A stretch of DNA of 64,000 nucleotides from Eukaryota sp. TZLM1-RC (Eukaryota > Protista > Metamonada: BaSk clade): positions 868,001-932,000 of the forward strand of contig JAUPSS010000003.1 of assembly GCA_040285825.1 (NCBI GenBank), in the 5' to 3' direction. Under the pieces are notes generated by a model. That model was not told the DNA's origin. It worked only from the letters and a program-made list of their open reading frames with translations, and did no database searches. The translations under genes and the position numbers were made by a program. Within the stretch, counting starts at the first letter, position 1. The number at the start of each line of letters is the position of its first letter. Below, in pieces: positions 1 through 11,107 of this stretch.

Positions 1-972
1 TTTAAATTTGAAGTACACTCTTCGAACATTACAGAAACGATTGACTGGAATGTATGAAAAAGATCTTTATAATAATATATGCAGCTCGGCTGTTTTAAAT
101 CAAGATCTTCACTCATTGTTATTGGAAAAGGGTGTTTGTGAAAACAAGTCGTCAGATTCTTCACTTTTTGTAACCATGGTACCACGAAGATTTGGATTGT
201 GTGCCACTAATGAAGCATTTGTAACAAAAATGAGATTATATTTGAACATCCCCATTAACCAATTATTATCAAAAGAAAAATGTATTTGTTCGAATTCACC
301 TCAACTCACTTTGCGCCATGCTCTGAATTGCTCTAAATTGATAACTTATCGTTCTTCATTACATGATGCTGTTAGAGACACTGTTTTCAATATGGCACAA
401 ACTGCAAGGATATCGTGTATCAAAGAGCCCCTGCTGAAGGAAACACTTTCTCTGAATAATTTTGGTTCTGATGATAGAGGTGATGTATACTGTGATTGGA
501 TTGATAATTCTGAAGCTATTGTTGACTTTGTCTCATGTAATGTTGCAAATGATACTTTGGTTCACAAAAGAAAACTTAATCCTGTGGCTGCTCTGGATTT
601 TAAAGCAAAAGAGAAACAAAGAAAATATGACAAAGATATTGAAGAGGCTAATGCCGATAGAAATACACAGCTGGTTTTTATTGCTTTCCCATTTTCGATA
701 AATGAAAGATTATCAGTAGAAGCAGGAACTTTTTAGAATGATTTCCAAAAAATGGTTCAAGAAAAAACAATGAAAAGATTTGATATTTTTTTATGGCGTT
801 CACGGATTCAATTTGCCATTATCAATAGATAACCTCGGTTTTTCAATCGAATTAGAGAAGCTTTAGCTAGACAGCAAGCAGATCAAGATTTTGTAGAGGA
901 AATCTTGGTTCAATGATAGTCGTCCCATTAGTTATGAGTTAATTTAATTAAGTGTGCAAATTCAATAAATAC
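1..972 (+). mobile_element. 3' fragment of RLE-type (CRE-like) non-LTR retrotransposon, family R1
   Basis: ORF 8..736 has a CxC..HxxxC zinc knuckle, then HDAVRD/EP/RGD/D..K.KY restriction-like endonuclease motifs. It continues past a stop to QDFVEEILVQ* and a 3' UTR ending AATAAA. Near-identical copies at about 9.7k, 48.7k and 58.2k. Confidence 0.8.
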
Positions 973-981
973 ATTTTATTA

Positions 982-1112
982 ATGTTTACAGTTTAAAAAA
1001 TAAGTAATTGTAATCTTTCAAGAACATTTACAAATTAAATTATGAGGTAAATTATCAGGCCAGATAAAGGAACGAAATCTCATATTCAAAGTCCAAGCAG
1101 AATCAGTGCAAA
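982..1112 (-). mobile_element. Small inverted fragment of an R2-type RLE retroelement (zinc-knuckle region)
   Basis: Minus strand reads CTDSAWTLNMRFRSFIWPDNLPHNLICKCS*KITITYFLNCKH, similar to ORFs 53384..53701 and 46360..46578. Confidence 0.6.
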
Positions 1113-1271
1113 AATAGTTACGCTTTCGAATCAAAAGTTTCGATTCAGATCTTTCTAATCTTCAAGCATTTTTGGATACATTTACTAAATGGGATATATA
1201 CAATATAAGATCTCCTTTTACAGATATCTCAACATGACCAATCACATAGTTCCTCCTACTTTGGGTTGCCA

Positions 1272-2072
1272 ATGTCCCGTAATCGCACTTTGACTACAAG
1301 CTTTGAATCCATGAATAGAACCGTTGCTGGTGTTGCTGGTGTTATTCATGGTTCTATCATGAAATCACACGATGAACACCAGCTCACCACACATCGAACG
1401 CCCCCGCCTTTCCAGATCTTCGATAGTCACAAGTCCAATCTCAGTCCACCTTCCTTTTCGAACGTTTATATTTTCATATACGATGTCTTTCGTCGTGCCC
1501 AAGTTGAACCTGAATGGTATATTCGTCCTAACCCTAATTTTAGTATCATTTCCGCGTTTATCTACCTTGAACGACTTCGTCAAAAGAGACCCGACATCTA
1601 TCTTACTCCTTTGAATTGGGAAAAACTTCTTTTTACCTCCATAATGGTGTCCTCCAAGTTTGCAGATGACATTAGCTGTTCGTCTTACTCATTTTCTCTT
1701 TGCTCTGAAAAACTTGTTTCCCTCCATGAACTAAATCAATTAGAAGCCCTTTTTGTCACAGAACTTGACTTTGAACTTTATGTTGGGGAAGAACTCTATA
1801 GAGATGTCTATTACACCCTTAAAAAGCTTTGGGTTCATTTACGAACGAACTCTGTAGGCGAAGTCATTCCCTTACCTAAATCCACAATAGATTCTCTAAA
1901 TCTTCCCGGTCATTTTGGTCCTTACTTCCTTTTCAAGTGCCATTCAAGTTCTGAAGTTCCTGAAGCAGCTGGCATAGGCTCCTTGTCTTCCCCACGGTCA
2001 TTCAGCTCTGTTTTGACTGCATTTAAGGAAAGAAGGAGATCTCGCTTTGGTAGGCGAGGGTTGTCTATATAA
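1272..2072 (+). CDS. Cyclin Y/PHO80-like cyclin, probable 27-nt intron at 1517..1543
   Basis: Removing GTATATTCGTCCTAACCCTAATTTTAG gives AQVEPECIISAFIYLERL...NWEKLLFTSIMVSSKFADD...LNQLEALFVTELDFEL, matching the cyclin Y box. First ATG is at 1272. Confidence 0.85.
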   Translation: MSRNRTLTTSFESMNRTVAGVAGVIHGSIMKSHDEHQLTTHRTPPPFQIFDSHKSNLSPPSFSNVYIFIYDVFRRAQVEPEWYIRPNPNFSIISAFIYLERLRQKRPDIYLTPLNWEKLLFTSIMVSSKFADDISCSSYSFSLCSEKLVSLHELNQLEALFVTELDFELYVGEELYRDVYYTLKKLWVHLRTNSVGEVIPLPKSTIDSLNLPGHFGPYFLFKCHSSSEVPEAAGIGSLSSPRSFSSVLTAFKERRRSRFGRRGLSI

Positions 2073-2233
2073 CTCTTTTTTGTCTATGTGTTGATTTAAT
2101 AAACGATTTATTTAGTTTTTGTCTAATTGTTTTGGTATAACTTAATGAATTTATAACATTAGAGATGAGATTGAAAATAAATATACAGTTAAAATTAATG
2201 GTACAAAAAAGAAAAATACCTCCCAACCAAAGC

Positions 2234-4459
2234 CTAACTTGGAGGTAAACTTGGGGAATTCAACTCAAACGCAGAAGACCTAAATTCTTGAAGGGTATTG
2301 GAACTTGAAGAAATAAAGCTATCCTCTGGTTGATCCTCATCATCAAGCTCCAACGCCACAGTCAAAGTAGCCTGAGTTCTAGAAAGAAGGGTTAGGGTTT
2401 TCGAAAGTGCATCTGGCTCATTATTATCAAATAAATCAGAAGTGGCTTGCGAAATTAAAGTTAATTGTTGCTGAATTAGTGATTTGATTTGGTAATATTT
2501 GGCAACTAATGACTCATCGTCCTGTTGCCGGGAAAAACTCTCAAAAAGCTTTAACAAAAGAGGTTTCAAAAAGTCAAAGCTTTTCCAAGAGGCTGAGAAG
2601 GACTGTAGATTCGATAGTTCAGAAACATCACGTGATTGATTGATGTGTGATGTGGCATCCTGGAGAAATGAAGAAACCAATGATTCTACCTCCCCAAATC
2701 CAGTTTCCTCTGACTTGATTTCAATCAAAATTTCAATCAAACTCTTTGCCGATTCAAACGATTGAATAATATCAACTACCCGCTGTAAACTCTTTTCTTC
2801 TCCATTCTTTACAACATTAGAAACTAAATCAGCAATCAGGGGGACCTTGCTACTAGCTGATACTCCCAGAGCACCACATAATCGTGCCCTTTCTGTTTGA
2901 CTAAGACCATAAATAGAGTCAATAAGAACAACTGGAGCATTGGTGGCCTTTATCTTGCTAAGTTTTGCCTCATTTTCTTTATTCAAATGTCTTAGCTGCT
3001 GAATCTGTTCAGCTTGTCTTTCAATCAAACCCTCCCTTTTTTCAGTCTCTTGTTCCACTCGTTCTTGAAGTTCAGTGTATGCTTGGTGTAGCTGTGAAAG
3101 TTTTTGGGACAAATGACTGTTGTTCTTGACTTCAGTGGAGAGCTTTGACCGTAGCTCAAAAAGTTCTGGATCCGTCTTGACTTTGTTTGACTTTTCAGCA
3201 GAGGAATTGGTTTGAGTTGAATTGGTGGTTTTTGGTACAGGTTCTTGGAGAACAGTTTGGGAAGAGTTGATCACGTGATGGTCCTCGGAAGTCTGAGGAA
3301 CTACGTCATCATTTTGATCCCTTTTAGCCTCATTTAGAGCGGTTAGTGCAGATTTAAGTCTCTTCTTGACAGTTGAATATTTTTGACCTAATTGGTTTAA
3401 TTCTTGAGAAATCTGTTGAATTTTGGACTTTTGACTGTCAATCAACTGATCTTTTCCATTTAATTTCGCCACCAAGTCATCACGTTCCTTTTTGACTGTT
3501 TCAAGATTATTCTGATCTTCCTCAACACGAGTCAGAGTACTTTCCACCTCAGTCAACATTAATGAAGTTGCTTCTAATTGTTCTTTAAGTTCTTCATTCT
3601 CAGAAACTAATCTATTGAAATCAGCAGACTGATTAGGATGAATACGTGATTTTGACCTACTTTCCTGCATATTCTTCATCTTTTCGAGAGTCTCTGCGTA
3701 GTCAGACATCAAATCGCAACCATTCATTGCTGCTGATTCCAAGTTTGGCATCATTGACATTAACTTGACCAAATACTGCTTGGTACCATTATACCCTGAT
3801 TTTAGGCGGTGATGAGCACCTTTAAGTAAGTTAAACTCTTGGTCTTGGGTTTTCAAGGATTTTTGAGCGTTTGAAAGACTGTGTTTGTAAGAGGAAACCT
3901 CATCACGTAACTTGAAAGACTCTGATTGAATTTCTTCATATTTCTGGACCATTTCACAATGACTAGATTCTAATTCTGCTATTCTTTGCTTGTAAAGATC
4001 TTCACTCTTCGCAAAGGCTTCTGCGAGATCGGTGGGAGCTGATTGTTGTTCCAGCTCAGAAACGCGTGATCTGAGGGTCATATTGTCTGACTCTAGATGG
4101 CTATTACGTTCGCGTGACTCAGCAAGCTCTTCCTTAACGGTAGTAATGATGTCATCGTATGTGGTTAAACGGACAAGAAGTGAATCCCTTTCGGTGGTCA
4201 GATCGTGTAAATGACTGGCGAGCTCCTCAACACGGGAAGTCAGTGTTGAAAGCTTTTTAGAACGGCTTAGACATGATTGACAAGAATTGGAGGGTGTGAG
4301 ACCAGCAGAAGAGGTATAGGGACTAAAGAGCCATTGAGAATCAGATAATGTTGAAGTGTTCTGTGCATATGATCGTGAATCATCTACAAATGAGGAAGAT
4401 GGTAGAGATGGAGCTGGAGAAGGAACTGGAAAGGATGAAGATGGTTTCAGGTCATCCAT
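2234..4459 (-). CDS. Long coiled-coil protein of unknown function
   Basis: About 741-aa open frame from ATG 4459, with a Ser-rich N-terminus followed by heptad E/K/Q/L-rich segments. Confidence 0.8.
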   Translation of the reverse strand: MDDLKPSSSFPVPSPAPSLPSSSFVDDSRSYAQNTSTLSDSQWLFSPYTSSAGLTPSNSCQSCLSRSKKLSTLTSRVEELASHLHDLTTERDSLLVRLTTYDDIITTVKEELAESRERNSHLESDNMTLRSRVSELEQQSAPTDLAEAFAKSEDLYKQRIAELESSHCEMVQKYEEIQSESFKLRDEVSSYKHSLSNAQKSLKTQDQEFNLLKGAHHRLKSGYNGTKQYLVKLMSMMPNLESAAMNGCDLMSDYAETLEKMKNMQESRSKSRIHPNQSADFNRLVSENEELKEQLEATSLMLTEVESTLTRVEEDQNNLETVKKERDDLVAKLNGKDQLIDSQKSKIQQISQELNQLGQKYSTVKKRLKSALTALNEAKRDQNDDVVPQTSEDHHVINSSQTVLQEPVPKTTNSTQTNSSAEKSNKVKTDPELFELRSKLSTEVKNNSHLSQKLSQLHQAYTELQERVEQETEKREGLIERQAEQIQQLRHLNKENEAKLSKIKATNAPVVLIDSIYGLSQTERARLCGALGVSASSKVPLIADLVSNVVKNGEEKSLQRVVDIIQSFESAKSLIEILIEIKSEETGFGEVESLVSSFLQDATSHINQSRDVSELSNLQSFSASWKSFDFLKPLLLKLFESFSRQQDDESLVAKYYQIKSLIQQQLTLISQATSDLFDNNEPDALSKTLTLLSRTQATLTVALELDDEDQPEDSFISSSSNTLQEFRSSAFELNSPSLPPS

Positions 4460-4549
4460 AGCTGTGTTGTCCAATAATGGAAAATACTGTGAATTTCACT
4501 CATCATGCATTCCCTTGTGAAATTCACTCCTGTTTTCAACTCCCTCAGT

Positions 4550-4720
4550 GTCTACTCACAGGCTGTAAGAGACATGTAGCATCATTTGACAAAGACAATC
4601 ATGATCTTCATCAATGGGCTACCTCACTTAAATACACCTACTGCTTTCACAGAACAAAGCCTCGCGACTTGATGTATCCAAGTGGATCTACCAAATGCTA
4701 CTAAGGTATTTGTAGATCGG
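4550..4720 (-). ncRNA. Putative Fanzor omegaRNA scaffold (Fz-1)
   Basis: Consecutive hairpins downstream of the ORF: GATCTAC..GTAGATC; a 14-bp stem with G-U pairs enclosing two GNRA-capped arms (GCGA, GTGA); a long GTAGC..GCTAC hairpin; TGTCT-CTTACA..TGTGAG-T-AGACA. Confidence 0.7.
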
Positions 4721-4820
4721 TCTCAAAAGTTTTTCAAAAAAATTAAAAATAAAATAAAAAACTCAAAATAAAATACCAGTTTTTCAAAAGTTTTTGTTTC
4801 TGTATGCTCAGGTTCCCCAT

Positions 4821-6777
4821 TCAGTTCCTCAACAGAGCTTCTGGGCAGATGTATCCTTCCGGTCACAATTACGCTTTCTTCTTAATTTGAATATTTTTTG
4901 CAACGGAAATATCTCTGTCATATACTATTTGACACTCAATACAAATACGCATCTGCCATGAGCCTGCTTGAATATTCTCGGCCATGCAACAACTTGACAT
5001 TTTGCTTGTATTAAATTCACTGGTTGACAAGTGCTTCACGTCCTTTTGATAACACAACCATTTTCTGAAAGCCCTTGCTGATCCATATCGATTGACTTTT
5101 TGGCAATGAGAAGGGAAATTAGCAGAACCCACAGTAAGATAGAGTCTTTCAGGATGTCCAGCCAGCCTTTGAAATTTGTTGAGAGTCTCTCTGAACCGTC
5201 TCTCTTTTCGTCTGCGGTTATCAAATTTAATTATTTTCCATTTCTGGCGATTACTTTCCAAATACACTTTCCTCCTGACCAAATTCCAATGGTTCAAATA
5301 TTGGTTGAAATTTTGAACGGAATATTGGTTGGGAGAGTGTTTACTGGGTGAAGGTTTTGTCATGTATCTTCTGCCAGTTGGACAAGGGATAACCCCACAT
5401 TGATAATCATTTAAGAAGTAACCACATAATCTAGATTGGCCCAGATCAACTCCAATAAGGGGCCTTTCAGGTAAAATTTCGACTGGATGTCTACGTCTCC
5501 GACAAGGGCATTCTTTAAGTGCCCTTGAACTGTGTTTCTCTGGTTTTGTTGGCATCAGGGTCACTTTTAATTTCTTTTTTCGATCTTCGTTTCTTTTTCG
5601 GTGGTTCATCCAGCTCATCTGTGTTTTCTGAGTCATTATTTTTTCCTTCAATGGTCAAAAGCAGTTCATTACCATTAGTTTTCAATTAAATTTTGTTAAA
5701 TCTATTTTTCAAACTTTTTCTGTTGATATTGAATTTTTGGTAAGGACATTGTTTGAATATTCGTTTCAAACACGTATTTCTGATAAACTTTGTTTTGGAA
5801 GATATTCCTTCAATAATTGGAAATTTTTTCACAGAGTGGAAAATTTGTGAAGGTACCTCAATAAATTTAGAACCTTTATGAGAAGCTAAAGGTATTATTC
5901 TAAATTTCTTCCAGCAATGCACATGAGAAAAGAAAGTGAGTAAGTATTGTGAAATTTTAAGATTAAAGAGACAAAGCTCACCAATTTCCTTTGATGAAAA
6001 GGTGATTTTATCATGTGAGGACAGAAGGGAAGCAGTGGTAGGAAATCTTTGAAGGAGATTCAAGATAAACTTACATGCATTTAATAAAAAGAATCTTTCT
6101 CTTGAATTATTCAAATTGAAATTGATGAAGTATTCAAGAACAGAATCAACTACTACTTCCTCGGGTTGGGCTAATGGTTCATCTGGCAAAAGTGAAAGAA
6201 TATTATTTGCAAAGACATTTGTTTTATCCAGGGCTCTACAATGAGCACGAATAAAGTTTTTTGTCCAGGATTGACAAATTTTAGGTAAACTTGTCTTCAC
6301 GTTAGACGCCAATTGACGAGCCCGACAAGCAAGGTAAGGAGAAAGCCCTTTTTTATTGATAAAATTACAATTCTGGGATTGCAGCCAAGCATTGAGAAAA
6401 AGATTGAATGAATTTCTGTAAGGCACTAAAGAATTTTCCCACAAAGAAACAAGAGACCTGTCTTGTGGGCATTCTGGAAGAAATCCATTCTAAAAGATAT
6501 GGAGTAATTGGCGTTGGCCTTTAGATGTGGAAGGCTTTGGAAAAGAACCAGTGGTGATGACGGTCATAAAAAGATACCATACATCCTGTTCCACTAAAGC
6601 TCTAGATGCCAACGGAAAATTTAGAAGAAAAGATTGAAGTAATAAAGAAGCTTCATGACAAATCTCAGTGACCACAGGAAGGTCAGTCCGAATTTGTTGC
6701 ACCGCTGCAGGGGTCAGCAGCGAGTTAAGTGCACAAGACCGAGTGAATACACGTGACACAGAGTGGGTGTCTGTCAT
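4821..6777 (-). pseudogene. Fanzor1 (TnpB-like RuvC RNA-guided nuclease), disrupted, about 650 codons
   Basis: N-terminal TRSCALNSLL..EASLLL; RuvC-I LIGVDLG; RuvC-II SEFNTSK followed by CC; CIEC zinc site; RuvC-III YDRDISVAKNI; C-terminal CPEALLR. Contains several in-frame stops and a frameshift. Confidence 0.85.
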
Positions 6778-7507
6778 GTAGTGAGAATAAAGAACTCATC
6801 TATCAAATTTTACACTTGTCACCCCATTTTCGACTTCTTGTTGCCTGTTCTGGGAGGTTTTTAACCCTCAACTTGGTTTCGGGAGGTTTTCACTATTCCC
6901 ACACTTTCCCCTCACTTCATAAACTGGGTTCTTATTTCCCTCACTTACCTTCTGTTCCGAGCTTTAGGAATCCCCTATAATCTTTCAACTTCTTTCTAGT
7001 ACTCCCTCAGTCAATGCCCCACTACTGGCCCTCCACAAGCTGTAACTTATGAAAATAATAAATAATAATGGTGATGCAACTGTTCATCATTTCAAATCTT
7101 CACCACAATTATTCTTTTGTACTGAGGTTAGTGCTCAACCTGAGGTAACAATGACTATTAATGTGGACTTTTCAATATGAGTATAATTTTCATGTTCATG
7201 AATTTCCCTTAAGTATTTTGATTAGCACAATTGTTGTCGCAAGAAACTACCAACAATATTAATTAAAAAAAAACAAAAACTCAAATCGTTGGACCGGAAC
7301 AGCAATTTGCTCCATTAGTATATTGTATTGAAACCTACTTCACACTAAAGCCGGGCGAGAAAATGACCCTGTTTCGTCAATTCAACCTAAAGATAACACT
7401 TGACAAATGTTATTCACATTTTATAGGGCATGGGGGTGGTCTTGCTTATACAATTATCACTGAAAAGACACAACCAACAAAGTTTCAACACCGGGGTTTA
7501 TTTACAA

Positions 7508-9619
7508 CTAGAAAGCATCTTCTTCTTCCAAAATGAGTCCAGTACTCAACATCAAATACTTGGTGTCATAGGATCTCCCTCTAAACTCCCTAAATAAGTC
7601 TAATGGATGTCTGCCTCCTCCCGAAGCCAAGAAAGTCTTTCTAAACTTCCTTCCTAATTCACCAACCTTTTCGTTGTTATCTAATCCTACTTCTTCGAAT
7701 GCATACCAAAGATCCATGCACAACACCTCAGCAAACTTGTAACTCCAATAAGCAGCTGAGTAACCCCCTGCAAAGATATGCCTAAAACCACAAAGGAAAT
7801 AATCCTCTGCAAGTGGGGGAATGATGGTGTTTGATTTCGCACAAAAATGATAAACTTCCAATACATTTCTTGCAGTTTCAGTAGAGTCTGCAAGATTCGC
7901 CAGGTCTAATCCATGACCCAAACTGTCCATGGCCCTTGAAACATTGGGGGAGTAAAAATGGTGAAGATGCATATCAGTAGTTCCAAATAGGAGTTGTCTA
8001 ATGCTGGCAGTGCCGGCAAAGAACTTCCGCAACTTTTGAAGGTTTCGAATAACATCTTCAGATAATACCTCTCTTGTTTTGTAGTGAATAGCAATTTTCT
8101 GCAGAGTTGGCAAATCATACAGCCAATTCTCCATAAACTGAGAACAAATCTCAACTGTATCCCATTCCACCCCATTAATTCCAGCAATAAGAGGATTATC
8201 TACCTCAGTCAACACCCCTTGCAAGACATGACCCATCTCATGGAAGAGGGTTTCCACCTCATTAAAGGTCATCAAGCTTGGTGTTTCACCAACGGGTGGT
8301 GTTGAGTTGCAGACAGCATAAACGACTGGAACCCTTTCCTCACCAAGAATCTTGCTTCGTTGGCAACCATCATCCATCCAGGCTCCTCCTCGTTTGTTTT
8401 CTGGGCGGGAATAAGGATCTAAAATGATGTAGGAAAGGGGTTGTTGATCGCAAACTTCAAAAACCTTACAGTCGGCATGCCACGTTTCAATTCCAAGACT
8501 TTTCTGGACTTCTGGATCGAGTTCTTTCACTTTTGCACCAAAGACTCTCTCTACGATAGCCCACAGCCCTTGAAGAACATTATTAAGTTCAAAATAAGGT
8601 CTTAATGCCTCTTCATCAAGATCTAAATACTTTTCCTTATAACGTTGCATATAATAACTCAGATCCCATTGCCTCAACTCATTAACTGTATTGTTACTGA
8701 ATTCCTTGGCAAACTTCAAAAGTTCAGCATACTCCTTCTCAGCAGCTTGATAAGATCTAGTTCTTAACTGATCAAGGAAAGTGAACACGTCATGGGGGTC
8801 ATTACTGATTGCTTTAGATTGTAAAACTACCTCAGCATGGGTATTGAAACCCAATAACTGGGCCCGTTCCTTTCGAAGTAAAAGAATCTTTTCCATATTT
8901 TCAAAGTTTGAAAACTTGTCTTGAGAAGCAACTTTAATAAACGCCTTATAGACCTCCTCTCTTAATGACCTATTTTCTACATATTTCATAAAGGGGACAT
9001 ACACAGCATGATCCAACGTCACTACCATGCCGAATCCTTTTGTTTCTCCGTTTTGCTTCATTAATTGCTTGGTTGAGTCTGGAATTCCCTTGACTTCTTC
9101 CTCGGTAACTGGCCTGGCATATTCCTTAATAGAGTCCAGTACGTTGTCAGAAAACGTTGAAGAAAGAGATGCTAATTGTTCTTCAATTTCGTTAAATCGT
9201 TGCTTCTTTTCTCCTTCAAGATGTACACCAGATAGTTCAGCATCGCGGATTTTCATCTCTACGATCCGACGTTGATCATCTTGGAGGTGTTCGTTAGCCT
9301 TAATGTGGAGGATTTTCTCGTAAACAGGACGTGATTGTTCGATTGCAGAGGAAAGTCGAACAATTAAGGGTTGGCAGTGGTTATGAATTTCACGGAGTCT
9401 ATCAGAGTTTTGAACACCCATCAGATGAGTAACAATGCCCCAGGACTTTGATATACGATCTGAAAGCTGACAGAGTGGAAGTACGAGATCATCATAAGAT
9501 GGAGAGTCGAGTTGCTCCAATTCGCTAAGTTTGGATCGCGAGTACTGATCTAGTTCATGGAGTTGATCAGGAAACGTTTCAATGTCCAGTTTGAACGGTG
9601 GGAACTGTTGAAAGTTCAT
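7508..9619 (-). CDS. prlC: Oligopeptidase A (M3A zinc metallopeptidase)
   Basis: LFHEMGH zinc motif, DPYSRPENKRGGAWMD, VEWDTVEICSQFMENW, HIFAGGYSAAYWSYK; 703 aa, no intron. Confidence 0.95.
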   Translation of the reverse strand: MNFQQFPPFKLDIETFPDQLHELDQYSRSKLSELEQLDSPSYDDLVLPLCQLSDRISKSWGIVTHLMGVQNSDRLREIHNHCQPLIVRLSSAIEQSRPVYEKILHIKANEHLQDDQRRIVEMKIRDAELSGVHLEGEKKQRFNEIEEQLASLSSTFSDNVLDSIKEYARPVTEEEVKGIPDSTKQLMKQNGETKGFGMVVTLDHAVYVPFMKYVENRSLREEVYKAFIKVASQDKFSNFENMEKILLLRKERAQLLGFNTHAEVVLQSKAISNDPHDVFTFLDQLRTRSYQAAEKEYAELLKFAKEFSNNTVNELRQWDLSYYMQRYKEKYLDLDEEALRPYFELNNVLQGLWAIVERVFGAKVKELDPEVQKSLGIETWHADCKVFEVCDQQPLSYIILDPYSRPENKRGGAWMDDGCQRSKILGEERVPVVYAVCNSTPPVGETPSLMTFNEVETLFHEMGHVLQGVLTEVDNPLIAGINGVEWDTVEICSQFMENWLYDLPTLQKIAIHYKTREVLSEDVIRNLQKLRKFFAGTASIRQLLFGTTDMHLHHFYSPNVSRAMDSLGHGLDLANLADSTETARNVLEVYHFCAKSNTIIPPLAEDYFLCGFRHIFAGGYSAAYWSYKFAEVLCMDLWYAFEEVGLDNNEKVGELGRKFRKTFLASGGGRHPLDLFREFRGRSYDTKYLMLSTGLILEEEDAF

Positions 9620-9721
9620 GTTTCAAATCAGGGATGACTAAAGTGGTCCAAAATATAGAAAAGTAGGATTTTGCTAAACTTTTTGAATTAATTTATTTTT
9701 ATTCAACAACAAATATTTTTT

Positions 9722-11107
9722 AGTATTTATTGAATTTGCACACTTGATTAAATTAAATCATAACTAATGGGACGACTATCATTAAACCAAGATTTCGTCT
9801 ACAAAATCTTTATTTGCTTGCTGTCTAGCTAAAGCTTCTCTAATTCGATTGAAAAACCGCGGTAATCTATTAATAATGGCAAATTGAATCCGTGAACGCC
9901 ACAAAAAAATATCAAATCTTTTCATTGTTTTTTCTTTCACCATTTTTTGGAAGTCATCCAAAAAAGTTTCTGCTTCAACTGATTATCTTCCATTTATCGA
10001 AAATGGGAAAGCAATAAAAACCAGCTGTGTATTTCTATCGACATTTGCATCTTCAATTTCTTTATCATATTTTCTATGTTTTTCTTTTGCTTTAAAATCC
10101 AGAGCAGCCACAGGATTAAGTTTTCTTCTGTGAACCAAAGTATCGTTTGCAACATTACATGAGACAAAGTCAACAATAGCTTCAGAATTATCAATCCAAT
10201 CACAGTATACATCACCTCTATCATCAGAACCAAAATTATTCAGAGAAAGTGTTTCCTTCAGCAGGGGCTCTTTGATACACGATATCCTTGCAGTTTGTGC
10301 CATATTGAAAACAGTGTCTCTAACAGCATCATGTAATGAAGAACGATAAGTTATCAATTTAGAGCATGGCGCAAAGTGAGTTGAGGTGAATTCGAACAAA
10401 TACATTTTTCTTTTGATAATAATTGGTTAATGGGGATGTTCAAATATAATCTCATTTTTGTTACAAATGCTTCATTAGTGGCACACAATCCAAATCTTCG
10501 TGGTACAATGGTTACAAAAAGTGAAGAATCTGACGCCTTGTCTTCACAAACACCCTTTTCTTATAACAATGAGTGAAGATCTTGATTTAAAACAGCCGAG
10601 CTGCAATTATTATTATAAAGATCTTTTTCATACATTCCAGTCAATCTTTTCTGTAATGTTCGAAGAGTGTACTTCAAATTTAAAACATTTTTTTCTGGAA
10701 TATTGCCATTGAATGATTGGGGAAAACATCGACCCCATTTTTCTACATCAATTCTTGAAATTTTTTCATTTAATGCAAAAACAGTGGAACTTTGCGTTGT
10801 CATCAATAAATCTTCCCAATCTGCAAATCTTTCGGAAAACTCAAAGATTGCATTTCTGCATCCACCAACAAAAGCACACGAGGTAAGAATAGAAGCCTTC
10901 GTCCACCCTAAACCACCATAATGTGGACTAAGGTAAGCATGATCTGGAATTTGAAACATTTTACATCCCAGTAATTGAGACAGAACTTTTGCACGTAACT
11001 CATTAAACTTTTGAGCCAAAGGTCTAGTGACGAGAGGATTTGTAGATCGAAATATATGATTGAAATTGGAATTAAAACACAGTCTTATAATGGTAAATTT
11101 GATGTGA
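9722..11107 (-). mobile_element. R1 RLE non-LTR retrotransposon 3' fragment (RT thumb to endonuclease), frameshifted
   Basis: ORFs 10561..11127 (LSPHYGGLGW) and 9983..10405 (HDAVRD, RGD). Same 3' UTR as the copy at 1..972. Confidence 0.8.

Larger units (their letters stand above)
4550..7000 (-). mobile_element. Non-autonomous Fanzor1 element Fz-1 bounded by 11-bp direct repeats
   Basis: ACTCCCTCAGT at 4539..4549 and 7001..7011 brackets the Fanzor ORF and the structured RNA. No transposase and no TIR seen. Confidence 0.6.

Noticed and set aside
4821-6777. Stop-codon reassignment explaining in-frame stops in Fanzor ORFs
   Set aside because: Host genes end normally in TAA/TAG/TGA with no internal stops, and the Fanzor copies also have frameshifts.
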